From NCBI GenBank assembly GCA_016193315.1, contig JACPSJ010000001.1, forward strand, positions 91,981 to 155,980: 64,000 bases of DNA, given 5' to 3'. The stretch's first letter is position 1; every line of letters starts with the position of its first letter. The notes beneath the pieces were generated by a model. It had not been told where the DNA came from. It saw nothing but the letters and a program-made list of their open reading frames with translations, and searched no databases. Source of the DNA: Candidatus Kerfeldbacteria bacterium (GTDB lineage: Bacteria > Patescibacteriota > Patescibacteriia > SBBC01 > CAIJZX01). Shown one piece after another: positions 28,553 to 38,531 of this stretch. The translations under genes and the position numbers were made by a program.

Positions 28553-29431
28553 CTAGAGATTGGCCGCAAAGAATTTTAACAACCTTTGGCGATACTCTGG
28601 ATCCAACTCCCCATGCGTCAGGTGTTGGGGGAACCAGAATTCAGCCTGGGCATTGTGGCGGAGTGCCGTTTGCAGGCGGCGGGCATGATCGAAGGGGATA
28701 ACCTCGTCGCGCTGGGAGTGGATGAGGAGAACTGGTTTAGTCAGACTCTTGGCGGCCCGAAGCGGTGATCTGACGGCTGGGTCAACTTCAAGGAAAACAC
28801 TGGCGTATCTGGCGGTCAGCCAGCCGAGCGGATACTTCAGAATCGGAAAACGGTAGAGCGCGTGGGCTAGGAGATCAAGCCGGGCGTAACTCGAATCCGC
28901 CACCGCGGCTTTGATCTCCGGCGACCGCGGCGCGATCATCAAGGCCACCGCCCCACCCATGGAGAACCCCCAGACGCCGACTTGGTCGATGCCACGCTGC
29001 CGGAGATAACGGATGGCCGCCACTAGATCTTCGGTTTCCCGCAGGCCGACCGTAGAAATGGCCCGTTCGCTTTGCCCCAGGCCGCGGAAATCAAAAAGCA
29101 GGAGGGCATACTGATCATGAAGAAACGCCAGAGACGGCAGGATGTCACCCTTGTCAGCTGGATAGCCATGGAGTCCGATGATCGTTTTGGGCTGGGTTCC
29201 CTCGCGGCCTGGGATGAACCAGCCGCGGAGCGTCAGTCCGTCGGCCGTGGCAAAGCTGACGTCTTCATAGTCCAGCCCCAGGTCCCGGGGCGTGCCGGTG
29301 GAGATAATTTTCTCCGGATGCGTGGCCGTGTATAGCCCGAGCAGGGGAATGACCACGAGCAAGAAAACAATAACGACTACGGTCACCAGCCAGGGATTGA
29401 GCGGTGTGGTCGTCGGCGAAAAAGCGGCCAT
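28553..29431 (-). CDS. membrane-anchored alpha/beta hydrolase
   Basis: DGLTLRGWF, LHG, DFRGLGQS, GFSMGG, HS..DEVIP. Confidence 0.9.
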   Translation of the reverse strand: MAAFSPTTTPLNPWLVTVVVIVFLLVVIPLLGLYTATHPEKIISTGTPRDLGLDYEDVSFATADGLTLRGWFIPGREGTQPKTIIGLHGYPADKGDILPSLAFLHDQYALLLFDFRGLGQSERAISTVGLRETEDLVAAIRYLRQRGIDQVGVWGFSMGGAVALMIAPRSPEIKAAVADSSYARLDLLAHALYRFPILKYPLGWLTARYASVFLEVDPAVRSPLRAAKSLTKPVLLIHSQRDEVIPFDHARRLQTALRHNAQAEFWFPQHLTHGELDPEYRQRLLKFFAANL

Positions 29432-29480
29432 CGTTTCTGATGGTACACCAATTGGCGCGATTAGCTAGAATCGGCCAGGG

Positions 29481-29601
29481 TTGACCCCGTTAGAAGCGGC
29501 TGAGATAAGCTTATGACCAAAAGTCCAATTTTTTTTAAACAACCTGCTTCATCCACAAAAGCTACGACCTATTCCGCTTCTAACGGGATAACGGGGTTGA
29601 C
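29481..29601. mobile_element. CCCGTTAG-TIR miniature element, copy 3
   Basis: ttgaccccgttagaagcgg ... ccgcttctaacgggataacggggttgac (duplicated right end). Confidence 0.65.
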
Positions 29602-29688
29602 TTCATCACGCGTTCCAGCTAGGTTCCCGTTACTGTCACGGAGGGACAGCCGCACTTTCCAGTTGAACAATCCAAGAAAGGAGACGTT

Positions 29689-30858
29689 GTGGACGAACCG
29701 AAAGGCAGATTGCGCTCGGTTGACCCGCCACCAATCACTGGCCGCGAATCAACCACCGACCTTATCCGTCAGGCGATGGCGGCCGGGATCGGCCGCCAGT
29801 TCCGCGATTTCGTGGCCAGTCTCCAACTGTCGATCGATGAGGATCACACTCTGGTCTGGTCACTGGCCGGGATTGTATCAGTGGCTGGCTACACCCGCTC
29901 GTGTCTCATTCCGCTGATGCGGCGCGGGCTTATCCACGCCATCTCGACTACCGACGCCGTCGCCTATCATGATCTGCAAGGTTGGTGGCCGCGGTTCATG
30001 CCCGAGGCGGCCGAGGTCAAGCCCGGCGTGCCGGAGTTTTTCGAAGTTGACTCACGCGGCGACGATCGGGCGTATGCGGCCGACGGCATCGTCCGCGTTT
30101 ACGACATCGGCTTCGACGAAGGCCAGGGCTTGCTCGGGACCGACCGCGCGTTGATGCAGTTTGTGGAGAGGAACCGTGCTCTGCGAACAAACCTGACAAC
30201 CGCCGAGTTCTTCTGGCGTCTCGGTCAGGCCATGAAAGAAGTCGAGCTGGCCAATGGTCACGATCCGGCGGACAGCCCGAGTCTCCTGGTTCAGGCCCAT
30301 GTCCACCAGGTGCCGATTTTCTGCGGCGCGTTCTGGGATGGGTCGATCGGGCTCAACCTGGCTCGGTTCAACCTGTTCAATCCGCCGGGCCAGCAGGTGG
30401 TCATCGAGGGTGATCGTGATGTCCATCAGTTTGCCAGCCTGATGCATCAGACGATTGCAGTCGAAGGCCGCGGCATGACACTCGTCATCATGGGTGGCGG
30501 CGTCCCGAAGAACTACAGTCTGCAGATCGGTCCGTACCTGACCCAGATCTGCGGCTTGTCGGATGAGCTGCGGTACACGGCCGAACTTCAGATCTGCGAT
30601 GCGCCGGTGGACAATATGTCGCTGTCCTCGGCGCCGGCAGTCGAAGCTCTGACCTGGGGCAAGGTCCTCGAACGCACCCTGCCGCGAAACGTCTACGTTC
30701 GGGCTGACTGGTCGGTGTTGCTGCCAGTCTTGACTCAATCGCTGCTCGAGCAGGGGCGGCAGCTACCGGGTCGTCAGCTGTTCTTTACCCGTGAAGGCGC
30801 CCGCCAGGCGCTTGATCGGGCCATTCGTGAACGCGCCGAGGTTTCAGCCCCGGCCTAA
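29689..30858 (+). CDS. deoxyhypusine synthase-like (homospermidine synthase-type) protein
   Basis: DGIVRVYD, DGSIG, GGGVPKNY, LS.A...EALTWGK containing the catalytic Lys. Confidence 0.85.
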   Translation: MDEPKGRLRSVDPPPITGRESTTDLIRQAMAAGIGRQFRDFVASLQLSIDEDHTLVWSLAGIVSVAGYTRSCLIPLMRRGLIHAISTTDAVAYHDLQGWWPRFMPEAAEVKPGVPEFFEVDSRGDDRAYAADGIVRVYDIGFDEGQGLLGTDRALMQFVERNRALRTNLTTAEFFWRLGQAMKEVELANGHDPADSPSLLVQAHVHQVPIFCGAFWDGSIGLNLARFNLFNPPGQQVVIEGDRDVHQFASLMHQTIAVEGRGMTLVIMGGGVPKNYSLQIGPYLTQICGLSDELRYTAELQICDAPVDNMSLSSAPAVEALTWGKVLERTLPRNVYVRADWSVLLPVLTQSLLEQGRQLPGRQLFFTREGARQALDRAIRERAEVSAPA

Positions 30859-30977
30859 CACCCGCTCAGCCGAGTGGGTTTTTTCTACTCCAACCTTTGA
30901 CACTTCCCGATGGTGATGCTAGGATTCGTTATACCCAGTTCTTGACTGAACTGGTTTGTTTCACTGTCGCAAAGCCA

Positions 30978-32366
30978 ATGGCTCAATCTTCCCCACTCAA
31001 ACAAGCGATTGAGGAAATCTGCGAAGAGAAAAACATTCCCTACGACTCGGTCATTGAAACGATTGCCGCGGCTTTGGCCGTCGCGTATCGGAAAGACTTC
31101 GGCGAGAAAAACCAGAACATCGTGGTTGAATTCAAACCCGAGGATGGGACCAGCCGCGTTTTTGATGTCAAGAACGTAGTGGATGACAAGTTGTACGATG
31201 AGTTTTTGGCCGAACAGAAACTTCGCGAGCAAGCCGAAGCCGAAGATAAGCTGGCAGAATATCTCGAGCAGAAACGGCACGAGGAAGAGGCGAAGCGAAA
31301 TGAACTCGGCATCGCCGAAGGGCAGCCGATTCCGGAGGCGCTCCGCGATGAACGGTTTGATCCCAAAAAACATCTCAGCCAGACCGAAGCACAGAAACTT
31401 GATGTGGCATACAAAGTGGGTGATGAGATTCGGACCGAGCTTTTCCCGCCGGCGGCCTACGGGCGGATGGCCGCCCAGACCGCCAAGCAGGTCATCATTC
31501 AGCGCATCCGCGAAGCCGAACGCGACATCGTTTACAAAGAGTTCAAAGGCCGGGAGGGCGAAGTGGTGACCGCCATGGTCCAACGGGTCGAGGGACGAAT
31601 GGTGCTGATTGATCTCGGCCGTGCCACGGCCATCATGCCGCCGCCGGAGCAGATTCAACGCGAACATTATCGACCTGGCGACCGATTGAAGGTCTTTATC
31701 GCGGCCGTGGCCATGACGCCGAAAGGACCGGAGATTGTTGTTTCACGCAGTCATCCGGAGTTGGTCCGCAAACTCTTCACCGTGGAAGTGCCGGAGCTGC
31801 AAAGCGAATCAGTAGCAATCAAGGGCATTGCCCGCGAAGCCGGGCTGCGGACGAAGATCGCCGTCTGGTCGGAAGCGAAGAACATCGATCCGGTTGGGTC
31901 ACTCGTTGGCCAGCGCGGTACCCGCGTCCAAACGGTCATTTCCGAGCTCGGCGGCGAGAAAATCGATATCATTGAATGGAGTGATGACCCGGTCAAGTTC
32001 ATCAATAATGCTTTGTCACCGGCCAAGGTGATCTCCATTAAACTTGACCAGGACAGCCGGGCCGCAGTGGCGGAAGTCAAAGACGACCAGTTAAGCTTAG
32101 CCATCGGCAAGGCCGGTCAGAACGTCCGCCTGGCCGCCAAATTGAGCGGCTGGAAAATTGATTTGGTCGGCGAGAGCGGCGAGACGCCGAGGAGCGAACA
32201 ACCACCGACGGGAGCTGAGGCGACGGAAACGACCGGGACCGCTGCCACTTCACCTACCGGTGAGGCACCCGGAACGCCGCCCACCGAGGTTGCGCCCGTC
32301 CCCGAAGCTCCAGCCGAACCGCCGGCCCAGCCCGCCGAACAACCGCCACCAAGCGCGGCCACCTGA
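30978..32366 (+). CDS. nusA: transcription termination factor NusA
   Basis: YGRMAAQTAKQVIIQRIREAER, AREAG.RTKIAV, GEKIDII, AIGKAGQNVRLA. Confidence 0.96.
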   Translation: MAQSSPLKQAIEEICEEKNIPYDSVIETIAAALAVAYRKDFGEKNQNIVVEFKPEDGTSRVFDVKNVVDDKLYDEFLAEQKLREQAEAEDKLAEYLEQKRHEEEAKRNELGIAEGQPIPEALRDERFDPKKHLSQTEAQKLDVAYKVGDEIRTELFPPAAYGRMAAQTAKQVIIQRIREAERDIVYKEFKGREGEVVTAMVQRVEGRMVLIDLGRATAIMPPPEQIQREHYRPGDRLKVFIAAVAMTPKGPEIVVSRSHPELVRKLFTVEVPELQSESVAIKGIAREAGLRTKIAVWSEAKNIDPVGSLVGQRGTRVQTVISELGGEKIDIIEWSDDPVKFINNALSPAKVISIKLDQDSRAAVAEVKDDQLSLAIGKAGQNVRLAAKLSGWKIDLVGESGETPRSEQPPTGAEATETTGTAATSPTGEAPGTPPTEVAPVPEAPAEPPAQPAEQPPPSAAT

Positions 32367-32389
32367 TAACTCTTATTCCTCAGACGACT

Positions 32390-34459
32390 ATGGGATTTCT
32401 TTACTTCGCCTTGGTCATCAGTGTCCTGGGGTTGTTCATGACCTGGATTCTGGCCCGAGTCGTCGGCCGGCAGGCGGCGGCCAGCGCCGCCATGGAAAAG
32501 GTGGCGGCGGCCATACGATCCGGGGCCGCGGCTTTTCTCAAACGCCAGTACACGACCATCAGCTGGATCGCCCTGGCAGTGGCCGCAGTTATTCTGCTCG
32601 CCTATCTGGCCAATGGCAAACCCTTGGTTGCCTGGCAGACTTCGATCTCGTTTTTGATCGGCGCGGCCGCGTCGGGCCTGGCCGGATACATGGGCATGTT
32701 CGTTTCCGTCCGGGCCAACGCCAAGGTGGCGGCCGCGGCCGATCGCCGCGATCTCAACAAAGCCCTGACCATTGCTCTACGGGGCGGGGCGGTCGAAGGC
32801 ATGCTCGTTTCGTCGTTGACGCTACTCGGCTTGGCCGCCCTGTTTTTGGTCTATTCGCAGTGGCTGCATTTCGACCCCCGCGCCATCCCCAGCGCCATCA
32901 TCGGTTTCGGGTTTGGCGCTTCGCTGGTCGCCCTTTTTGCCCAACTCGGCGGCGGCATTTACACCAAGGCGGCTGATGTCGGCGCCGATTTGGTAGGCAA
33001 AGTCGAAGCCGGCATCCCCGAAGACGATCCACGTAACCCGGCGGTCATTGCCGACTTGGTTGGGGATAACGTTGGCGATTGCGCTGGCCGCGGCGCTGAT
33101 TTGTTCGAGTCAACGGCTGCGGAAAACCTCGGCGCCATGATTCTCGGCGTGGCCCTGTTCCCGGCCTTTGGTTTGCCAGGCATCCTCTTCCCGCTGGTGG
33201 CCCAAGCTATCGGCATGATCGCTTCAGGCACGGCCGTCCTCACCGTCAGGGTCAAGAACAATGAGGATCCGATGAAGGCGCTCAATCGAGGTTTCTACCT
33301 GGCGGCTTTGCTCGGCGCCGTCGGCCTGTACGTCGTCACCCAGCTCATGCTCGGTGACCAGGCGCTGTGGTTCTTTGCCGCCGGCCTCGTTGGGATCGCC
33401 ATGAGCATCGTTTTCCTATTCTTGACGCAGTACTACACCGACCATGCCTATCGGCCAGTGAAAGACATCGCCCGCGCCAGCGAAACTGGTCCGGCCACCA
33501 CGATTATTTCTGGGCTGTCGGTCGGTTTTGAAAACGTGGCGCCGGCAGTGCTGGCCATTGGCGGGGCCTTGTGGGGCGCTTTCTCTCTTGGTGAGGCCAG
33601 TGGCCTAGAACACGGCGGTTTGTATGGCACGGCCGTGGCCACCATCGGCATGCTCATGACTGCCATGTATGTGTTGGCCATGGACACCTTCGGTCCGATC
33701 ACCGACAACGCCGGCGGGATAGTGGAAATGGCAAATGCCTCGGAAGAAACGCGGAAAATCACTGATCGACTCGATGCAGTTGGCAACACGACTAAAGCGT
33801 TGACCAAAGGCTACGCTGTTGGATCTGCCGCACTGGCTGCCTTTTTACTTTTTACTGCTTACCTCGAACAAGTCCACATCACCGTCGTCGACCTAGCTAA
33901 CATTAAAGTATTCATCGGTGCCTTCGTTGGTGCGATGCTGGTCTTCCTGTTCTCCAGTTCAGCCATGCGCGCCGTGGGTCGGACCGCGGGTTACATCATC
34001 GAGGAAGTCCGCCGACAGTTTCGGGACCAGCCGGGCATCATGGCCGGGACTGAGCAGCCTGACTACGGTCGAGCCGTTGACATCACCACCCGGGGGGCGC
34101 TGCGGAACATGGTGCTGCCAGGAACGATGGCTGTAGTGGTACCGATTCTTGTCGGTCTCATTCTCCGCGCCGAAGCCGCGGCTGGAATGCTGATGGTCGG
34201 CACCATCACCGGCGTCATCATGGCCCTGGTGATGAACAACGCTGGCGGCGCCTGGGATAATGCCAAGAAATTCATCGAATCCGGCGAGTTCAAAGACAGT
34301 CACGGCGTAGTCCAAGGCAAGAAGACTCCGGTTCATGCGGCGGCCGTGGTTGGCGATACCGTCGGTGATCCGTTTAAGGATACGGCCGGGCCGAGCTTGC
34401 ACGTGCTGATTAAATTGTTGGCGACACTGACCTTGGTCCTGGCGCCGCTGTTTACTTAA
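32390..34459 (+). CDS. hppA: membrane H+-translocating pyrophosphatase (K+-independent type)
   Basis: GGGIYTKAADVGADLVGKVE, DNVGD, GNTTKA, GDTVGDPFKDT. Confidence 0.95.
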   Translation: MGFLYFALVISVLGLFMTWILARVVGRQAAASAAMEKVAAAIRSGAAAFLKRQYTTISWIALAVAAVILLAYLANGKPLVAWQTSISFLIGAAASGLAGYMGMFVSVRANAKVAAAADRRDLNKALTIALRGGAVEGMLVSSLTLLGLAALFLVYSQWLHFDPRAIPSAIIGFGFGASLVALFAQLGGGIYTKAADVGADLVGKVEAGIPEDDPRNPAVIADLVGDNVGDCAGRGADLFESTAAENLGAMILGVALFPAFGLPGILFPLVAQAIGMIASGTAVLTVRVKNNEDPMKALNRGFYLAALLGAVGLYVVTQLMLGDQALWFFAAGLVGIAMSIVFLFLTQYYTDHAYRPVKDIARASETGPATTIISGLSVGFENVAPAVLAIGGALWGAFSLGEASGLEHGGLYGTAVATIGMLMTAMYVLAMDTFGPITDNAGGIVEMANASEETRKITDRLDAVGNTTKALTKGYAVGSAALAAFLLFTAYLEQVHITVVDLANIKVFIGAFVGAMLVFLFSSSAMRAVGRTAGYIIEEVRRQFRDQPGIMAGTEQPDYGRAVDITTRGALRNMVLPGTMAVVVPILVGLILRAEAAAGMLMVGTITGVIMALVMNNAGGAWDNAKKFIESGEFKDSHGVVQGKKTPVHAAAVVGDTVGDPFKDTAGPSLHVLIKLLATLTLVLAPLFT

Positions 34460-34479
34460 CCCTGTGCTGGGTCTGTTTC

Positions 34480-35112
34480 ATGACGAGAAAAAATGATCCG
34501 TACAAACAAACAATCAACGTTTACGCCGAGCTTGGCGATACTTACCTCCGCGACATTGCTCACGCCGCCCCTCAGGAAATTGGCCAGTTTGCCCGCCTGA
34601 TCCGGAAACAGGGTCGGGTACTTGATGTGGGATGCGCCGGCGGTCGTGATTCGGCATTTTTCGTCAACCGCAGGTTTCGAGTCATCGGTATTGACTTGGT
34701 TGACAAATTCTTGCGCTTTGCAAGGAAAAAAGTGCCCGGTGCAACATTCAAGAGAATGGATGTTCGGCGACTCCGTTTTCGCCCCAACACGTTTGATGCC
34801 ATTTGGGCTAACGCGGTCCTCCTGCACCTCCATAAAAAAGACGTCCGGCAGGTCTTAAAGAAATTTTTTGTTATACTCAGGTTAAATGGGAAGCTGCACC
34901 TCCGTGTCAAACAGGGCCGAGGTCAACAGTACGGCCAAACGCGGGAACCCCTGGTCCAAGGAAAGCGTAGGTTGTTCACGTACTTTCAGCTCAAGGAGTT
35001 AGTCAAGTACGTAACGCAAGCAGGTTTTCAAATTCTCCGTTCAAAAATCTACCCCGATAACCTGGGGCGTCAAGATGTGAGGTGGGTCAGTATTTGGGCG
35101 GAAAAGCACTAG
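34480..35112 (+). CDS. class I SAM-dependent methyltransferase
   Basis: VLDVGCAGGRD, FDAIWANAVLLH. Confidence 0.88.
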   Translation: MTRKNDPYKQTINVYAELGDTYLRDIAHAAPQEIGQFARLIRKQGRVLDVGCAGGRDSAFFVNRRFRVIGIDLVDKFLRFARKKVPGATFKRMDVRRLRFRPNTFDAIWANAVLLHLHKKDVRQVLKKFFVILRLNGKLHLRVKQGRGQQYGQTREPLVQGKRRLFTYFQLKELVKYVTQAGFQILRSKIYPDNLGRQDVRWVSIWAEKH

Positions 35113-35190
35113 GATGTTTTTTACCGCACGGCCAGTCCTGGTCCGTATCATCGAGTCGCTTTCAGACAACCGGCCTGGTTTATCAACACG

Positions 35191-35892
35191 ATGAAGAACG
35201 GTGATCAACATCTGATCGGCAAACACCTCCTCGTCTGCGCGGCTCATCCAGACGACGAGAGCTTTTGCGCCAGCGGCACCTTGATGAAAAACCGGCGGGC
35301 CGGCGGTACGACCACCGTCGTTTGCGCTACCGCCGGTGAAAAGGGAATGTCGCACCTCAGGCGCCCGGTCACGCCGGCAGCATTGAAGCAGATCAGGATT
35401 CGTGAACTACGCGGTGTGTGTCGGTATCTCGGCGTTCGCTCACTTCACGTCCTCAATTACCCTGACGGCGGGCTGACGAAACATCTCAACGGCATCGCCC
35501 AGAAACTACTGGCTGTGGCCCGAAAGGTCAAGCCGGACGCGCTGGTAGGGTTCGGCCCGGACGGCTGGACCGGCCACCGCGACCACGCCACCATGTTCCG
35601 CGCCGGGCGAAGAGTAGCCAGCCGGCTCAAGTTGCCCTACTTCGCTTTTTGTATTCCCCCGCTAGTGGCCGCAGACATGAAAAAGTGGATGCTCACCCGC
35701 CGCCGCTCGCCGCACTATCATCGACACGTGACTAACAATTTGCCAACCGTGCGGGTAGCCATCAGGGGAGCCGACAAGATCCGTGCTCTCCGTTTCCACG
35801 CTTCACAGCTCGATGGCCGTCACCCCTTCACCGGCATCCCCAAACACCTGGCCGAAGCTACGTTGCGGGCCGAGTACTTTGCGGAGTGGTGA
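35191..35892 (+). CDS. PIG-L family deacetylase
   Basis: AHPDDE, ATAGEKG, GHRDH, HASQ. Confidence 0.9.
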   Translation: MKNGDQHLIGKHLLVCAAHPDDESFCASGTLMKNRRAGGTTTVVCATAGEKGMSHLRRPVTPAALKQIRIRELRGVCRYLGVRSLHVLNYPDGGLTKHLNGIAQKLLAVARKVKPDALVGFGPDGWTGHRDHATMFRAGRRVASRLKLPYFAFCIPPLVAADMKKWMLTRRRSPHYHRHVTNNLPTVRVAIRGADKIRALRFHASQLDGRHPFTGIPKHLAEATLRAEYFAEW

Positions 35893-35924
35893 TTTTCTGT
35901 TGACCGACCCACTCGTAACTCCGC

Positions 35925-36018
35925 CACCACCCCGCGAATCTCGCTCCGCTCGCTTCGTCCCCCTCCTGAATTCAGGAGGGGGGCGCCGTTGAGCGATGGC
36001 GAAACGGCGCGGGGTGGT
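35925..36018. repeat. palindromic hairpin cluster next to the DUF559 gene
   Basis: ccaccaccccgcg ... ccccctcctgaattcaggaggggg ... cgcggggtgg. Confidence 0.6.
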
Positions 36019-36386
36019 CAGAGCGCTATACCAGTCACCACCTGATGCAATCTCTCGAGCACGTTATCCAACTCGTTCATGACCTCACTGTTGGTGAACC
36101 GGATGACGGTAATATCGAGGGATTCGAGAAACCGCTGTCGGTACAGGTCGTAGCGCTGGCGACGATGTTCATAGTGCTGTCCGCCGTCGATCTCGATCGC
36201 CAAACGGTAGGACGGGCAATAAAAATCGATAATGTATCGGCCGATACCGTGCTGTCGACGGAACTTCAAACCATTGAATTGCTTCTTCCGCAAATAATGC
36301 CAAAGGCGGAGTTCAGCTTCAGTCGCCGAATTCCGTAATTGTTGGCGCAGTCTTTTGTAATACTGGAAATTATACAAAACGGGCAT
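36018..36386 (-). CDS. DUF559 (Vsr-like) endonuclease
   Basis: LRN..TEAE..LW..LR, KFRRQH, IIDFYC, IEIDG.QH, IRFTN.EV. Confidence 0.9.
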   Translation of the reverse strand: MPVLYNFQYYKRLRQQLRNSATEAELRLWHYLRKKQFNGLKFRRQHGIGRYIIDFYCPSYRLAIEIDGGQHYEHRRQRYDLYRQRFLESLDITVIRFTNSEVMNELDNVLERLHQVVTGIAL

Positions 36387-36498
36387 GGATTCTTGGCTGC
36401 CATGCCACCCTGGTTAGGATAATAGTTTTTCGATATTCGTCAAGAAACCGTGAAGCTTTTGTCGACGGGCCGGAGGACGGAAAAAGAAAACAGCCGCG

Positions 36499-37056
36499 TT
36501 AGCGGCTGGGGTGGGAACGATCTGGCTCAGACCAGAGACTGAGCGGCAGGACTTCCTCGACCACGTACGTCGGACCGACCTGGGGGCCATAGGCAGTGTA
36601 ACCCTCGATTCTGTATCCCGACCGAGCCCAGTAGTGGGGTTCGACATAAGGCGCCAGGCGTTTGTACATTATACGTCCGGCAAAGGGGTTTGGACTGGGA
36701 CTGGACATATCGCCGTCGATCACGAAGTGGTGGTTGCTGACACTCGGTGGCAAGAATGGATTGGGGAACCCCAACTTGGGATCGTACCCGGCCGCCCCGG
36801 AAGGAATCGCGAAGTTCAATTCTTCAGCATCAGTCGGGAAATCGCCCCGAACCAGAGCGAACCTCCGAGCCGCGTCGACCGCAGCATAGGTCTGCTGGCG
36901 GGCGGTCTCGAAGGCTTGCTGGCGGCTGCGTTCGGCGCCGTCTGTCTTGAGCGCGTGGCCGACAAAGACAAATAAGCAGATGGCAGCGATCAGAGCCAGA
37001 GGGAGCCAGCCGAAAAAGTGACTCAACGGATGAATCGACTCCTGGGAGCCAGTCAT
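36499..37056 (-). CDS. pilin-like protein without a canonical prepilin motif
   Basis: AAGGAG RBS; N-terminal TM; FPT...NPF...G.I.Y...GY.I.G shared with the pilin at 48548. Confidence 0.6.
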   Translation of the reverse strand: MTGSQESIHPLSHFFGWLPLALIAAICLFVFVGHALKTDGAERSRQQAFETARQQTYAAVDAARRFALVRGDFPTDAEELNFAIPSGAAGYDPKLGFPNPFLPPSVSNHHFVIDGDMSSPSPNPFAGRIMYKRLAPYVEPHYWARSGYRIEGYTAYGPQVGPTYVVEEVLPLSLWSEPDRSHPSR

Positions 37057-37225
37057 CTTGCTACTCCTTGTCTTGAGTGGTTGAAAAGCACCACGAATGG
37101 GGGAGCGATGCCGCAGCATTCAAAGAGCAGACTCTAATCGCGGCTGAGCGGAGCTAAACATACTGCCTGGCGGCTGTCAACGGCATTGCTGACGCGGCGA
37201 TGACATCTTGCTGTATACTGTACGC

Positions 37226-38530
37226 ATGCCCGTTTACCGCGTTCTCGGCCGCACGCTGCTGCCATTTCTGCGCTGGCGGATTTCTCGCCTGGGAGGTGAA
37301 AACAATGTCCCCCGCGGCGGATTCATTGTCGTGGCCAACCACCAAAGCTGGATCGACTCGGCCATCGTGGCCGCGGCCCTGTCTAAACACATTGATCAAT
37401 CATTCCGCTTTGTCGCCCAGTCGAGCAAATACCGTTTTCTAGGCGGCATTCCGATCAACGAATATGACAAGAGCAAGGTCATTGACGTGGCCGCCGGTTA
37501 TCTACGCGTCGGGCACCCGATTATCATTTTTCCGGAAGGCAATAGCAACCGCAACCCCGAACTGCGCGGCGGCAAGACCGGCGCCGCCCGATTGGCGTTA
37601 AAAAGCGGCGCGCCAGTGTTGCCGATCGGCATCCATGGCACCCAGGGCATCAAAGCCTGGCAATCGATGCTCTGGTTTTTCAGTTTTTGGAAACCGTGCG
37701 CGGTTACCATCGGCCCACCCGTAAGTTTTCCGCGACAAGACCTTCGACCGCAAGACCACGAACGGCTGATGGCCGTTACTGATGACATCATGCGGCAGAT
37801 TAGCGCCGTATCCGGCAAACCATTGGCTGAACGCCCGTCCGAAGAACCGTTGCCGATTCATCAGCCCTGGCTGCGAACAATCCTCCACCGTTTCATCTAC
37901 CCGATGAATCGCTGGCGGGTTGAAGTGCATGGCCAAGAACATCTGCCTCGGGCCGGCCCGTTCATAGTGGCGGCCAATCACCTCAGCTATTACGACGCAC
38001 CGGCGCTATCGATCGCGGTTTTGAAAACTCGTGGTCTCCAGCCGTTTTACCCAACCAAAGCTGCGGTGGCCGCGGCTTTCAAAGCCATCGTCGGTCAAGG
38101 TGGGCTCGACGCTCTCGGCATGCTGCCGCTTGATGAACGAGATCGGACCAAGGTCTTGCGCTTTTCCGAGCGTCATCTCAAGTCCGGCGGCGTGATCGGC
38201 ATCTTCCCTGAGGGGACGCGCAACAAGCCAAAGATCAACCCAAACTACCCGCATGAAATGCTGCCAGGCAAGACTGGTGCAGCACGACTGTTCTTGGCGA
38301 CCAGGGCGCCAATTATCCCGGCGGCGATCGAGGCCCCAGAAGGGTTATCAGTCTGGAAATCCGCATTCAGCGTCATCGCTTTCTGGAAAAAGATGCGCGT
38401 TACGTTCGGTCCGCCGGTGGAGTTTGATCGGCTGACATCTGGTGAACCGACCAAAGACGACTTGACCACTATGACCCGGACCATCATGCAAGTGATCAGC
38501 CGGATATCTGGTCAATCGTATCCGTACTAA
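37226..38530 (+). CDS. tandem two-domain PlsC-family acyltransferase
   Basis: two sets of NHxSxxD and IFPEG motifs. Confidence 0.9.
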   Translation: MPVYRVLGRTLLPFLRWRISRLGGENNVPRGGFIVVANHQSWIDSAIVAAALSKHIDQSFRFVAQSSKYRFLGGIPINEYDKSKVIDVAAGYLRVGHPIIIFPEGNSNRNPELRGGKTGAARLALKSGAPVLPIGIHGTQGIKAWQSMLWFFSFWKPCAVTIGPPVSFPRQDLRPQDHERLMAVTDDIMRQISAVSGKPLAERPSEEPLPIHQPWLRTILHRFIYPMNRWRVEVHGQEHLPRAGPFIVAANHLSYYDAPALSIAVLKTRGLQPFYPTKAAVAAAFKAIVGQGGLDALGMLPLDERDRTKVLRFSERHLKSGGVIGIFPEGTRNKPKINPNYPHEMLPGKTGAARLFLATRAPIIPAAIEAPEGLSVWKSAFSVIAFWKKMRVTFGPPVEFDRLTSGEPTKDDLTTMTRTIMQVISRISGQSYPY

Positions 38531-38531
38531 C

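Noticed and set aside
32158-32976. Long alternative-frame or antisense ORFs (for example 32158..32976, 3414..4124, 48762..49442)
   Set aside because: They are shadows of real genes or of GC-rich structured DNA and have no protein motifs.
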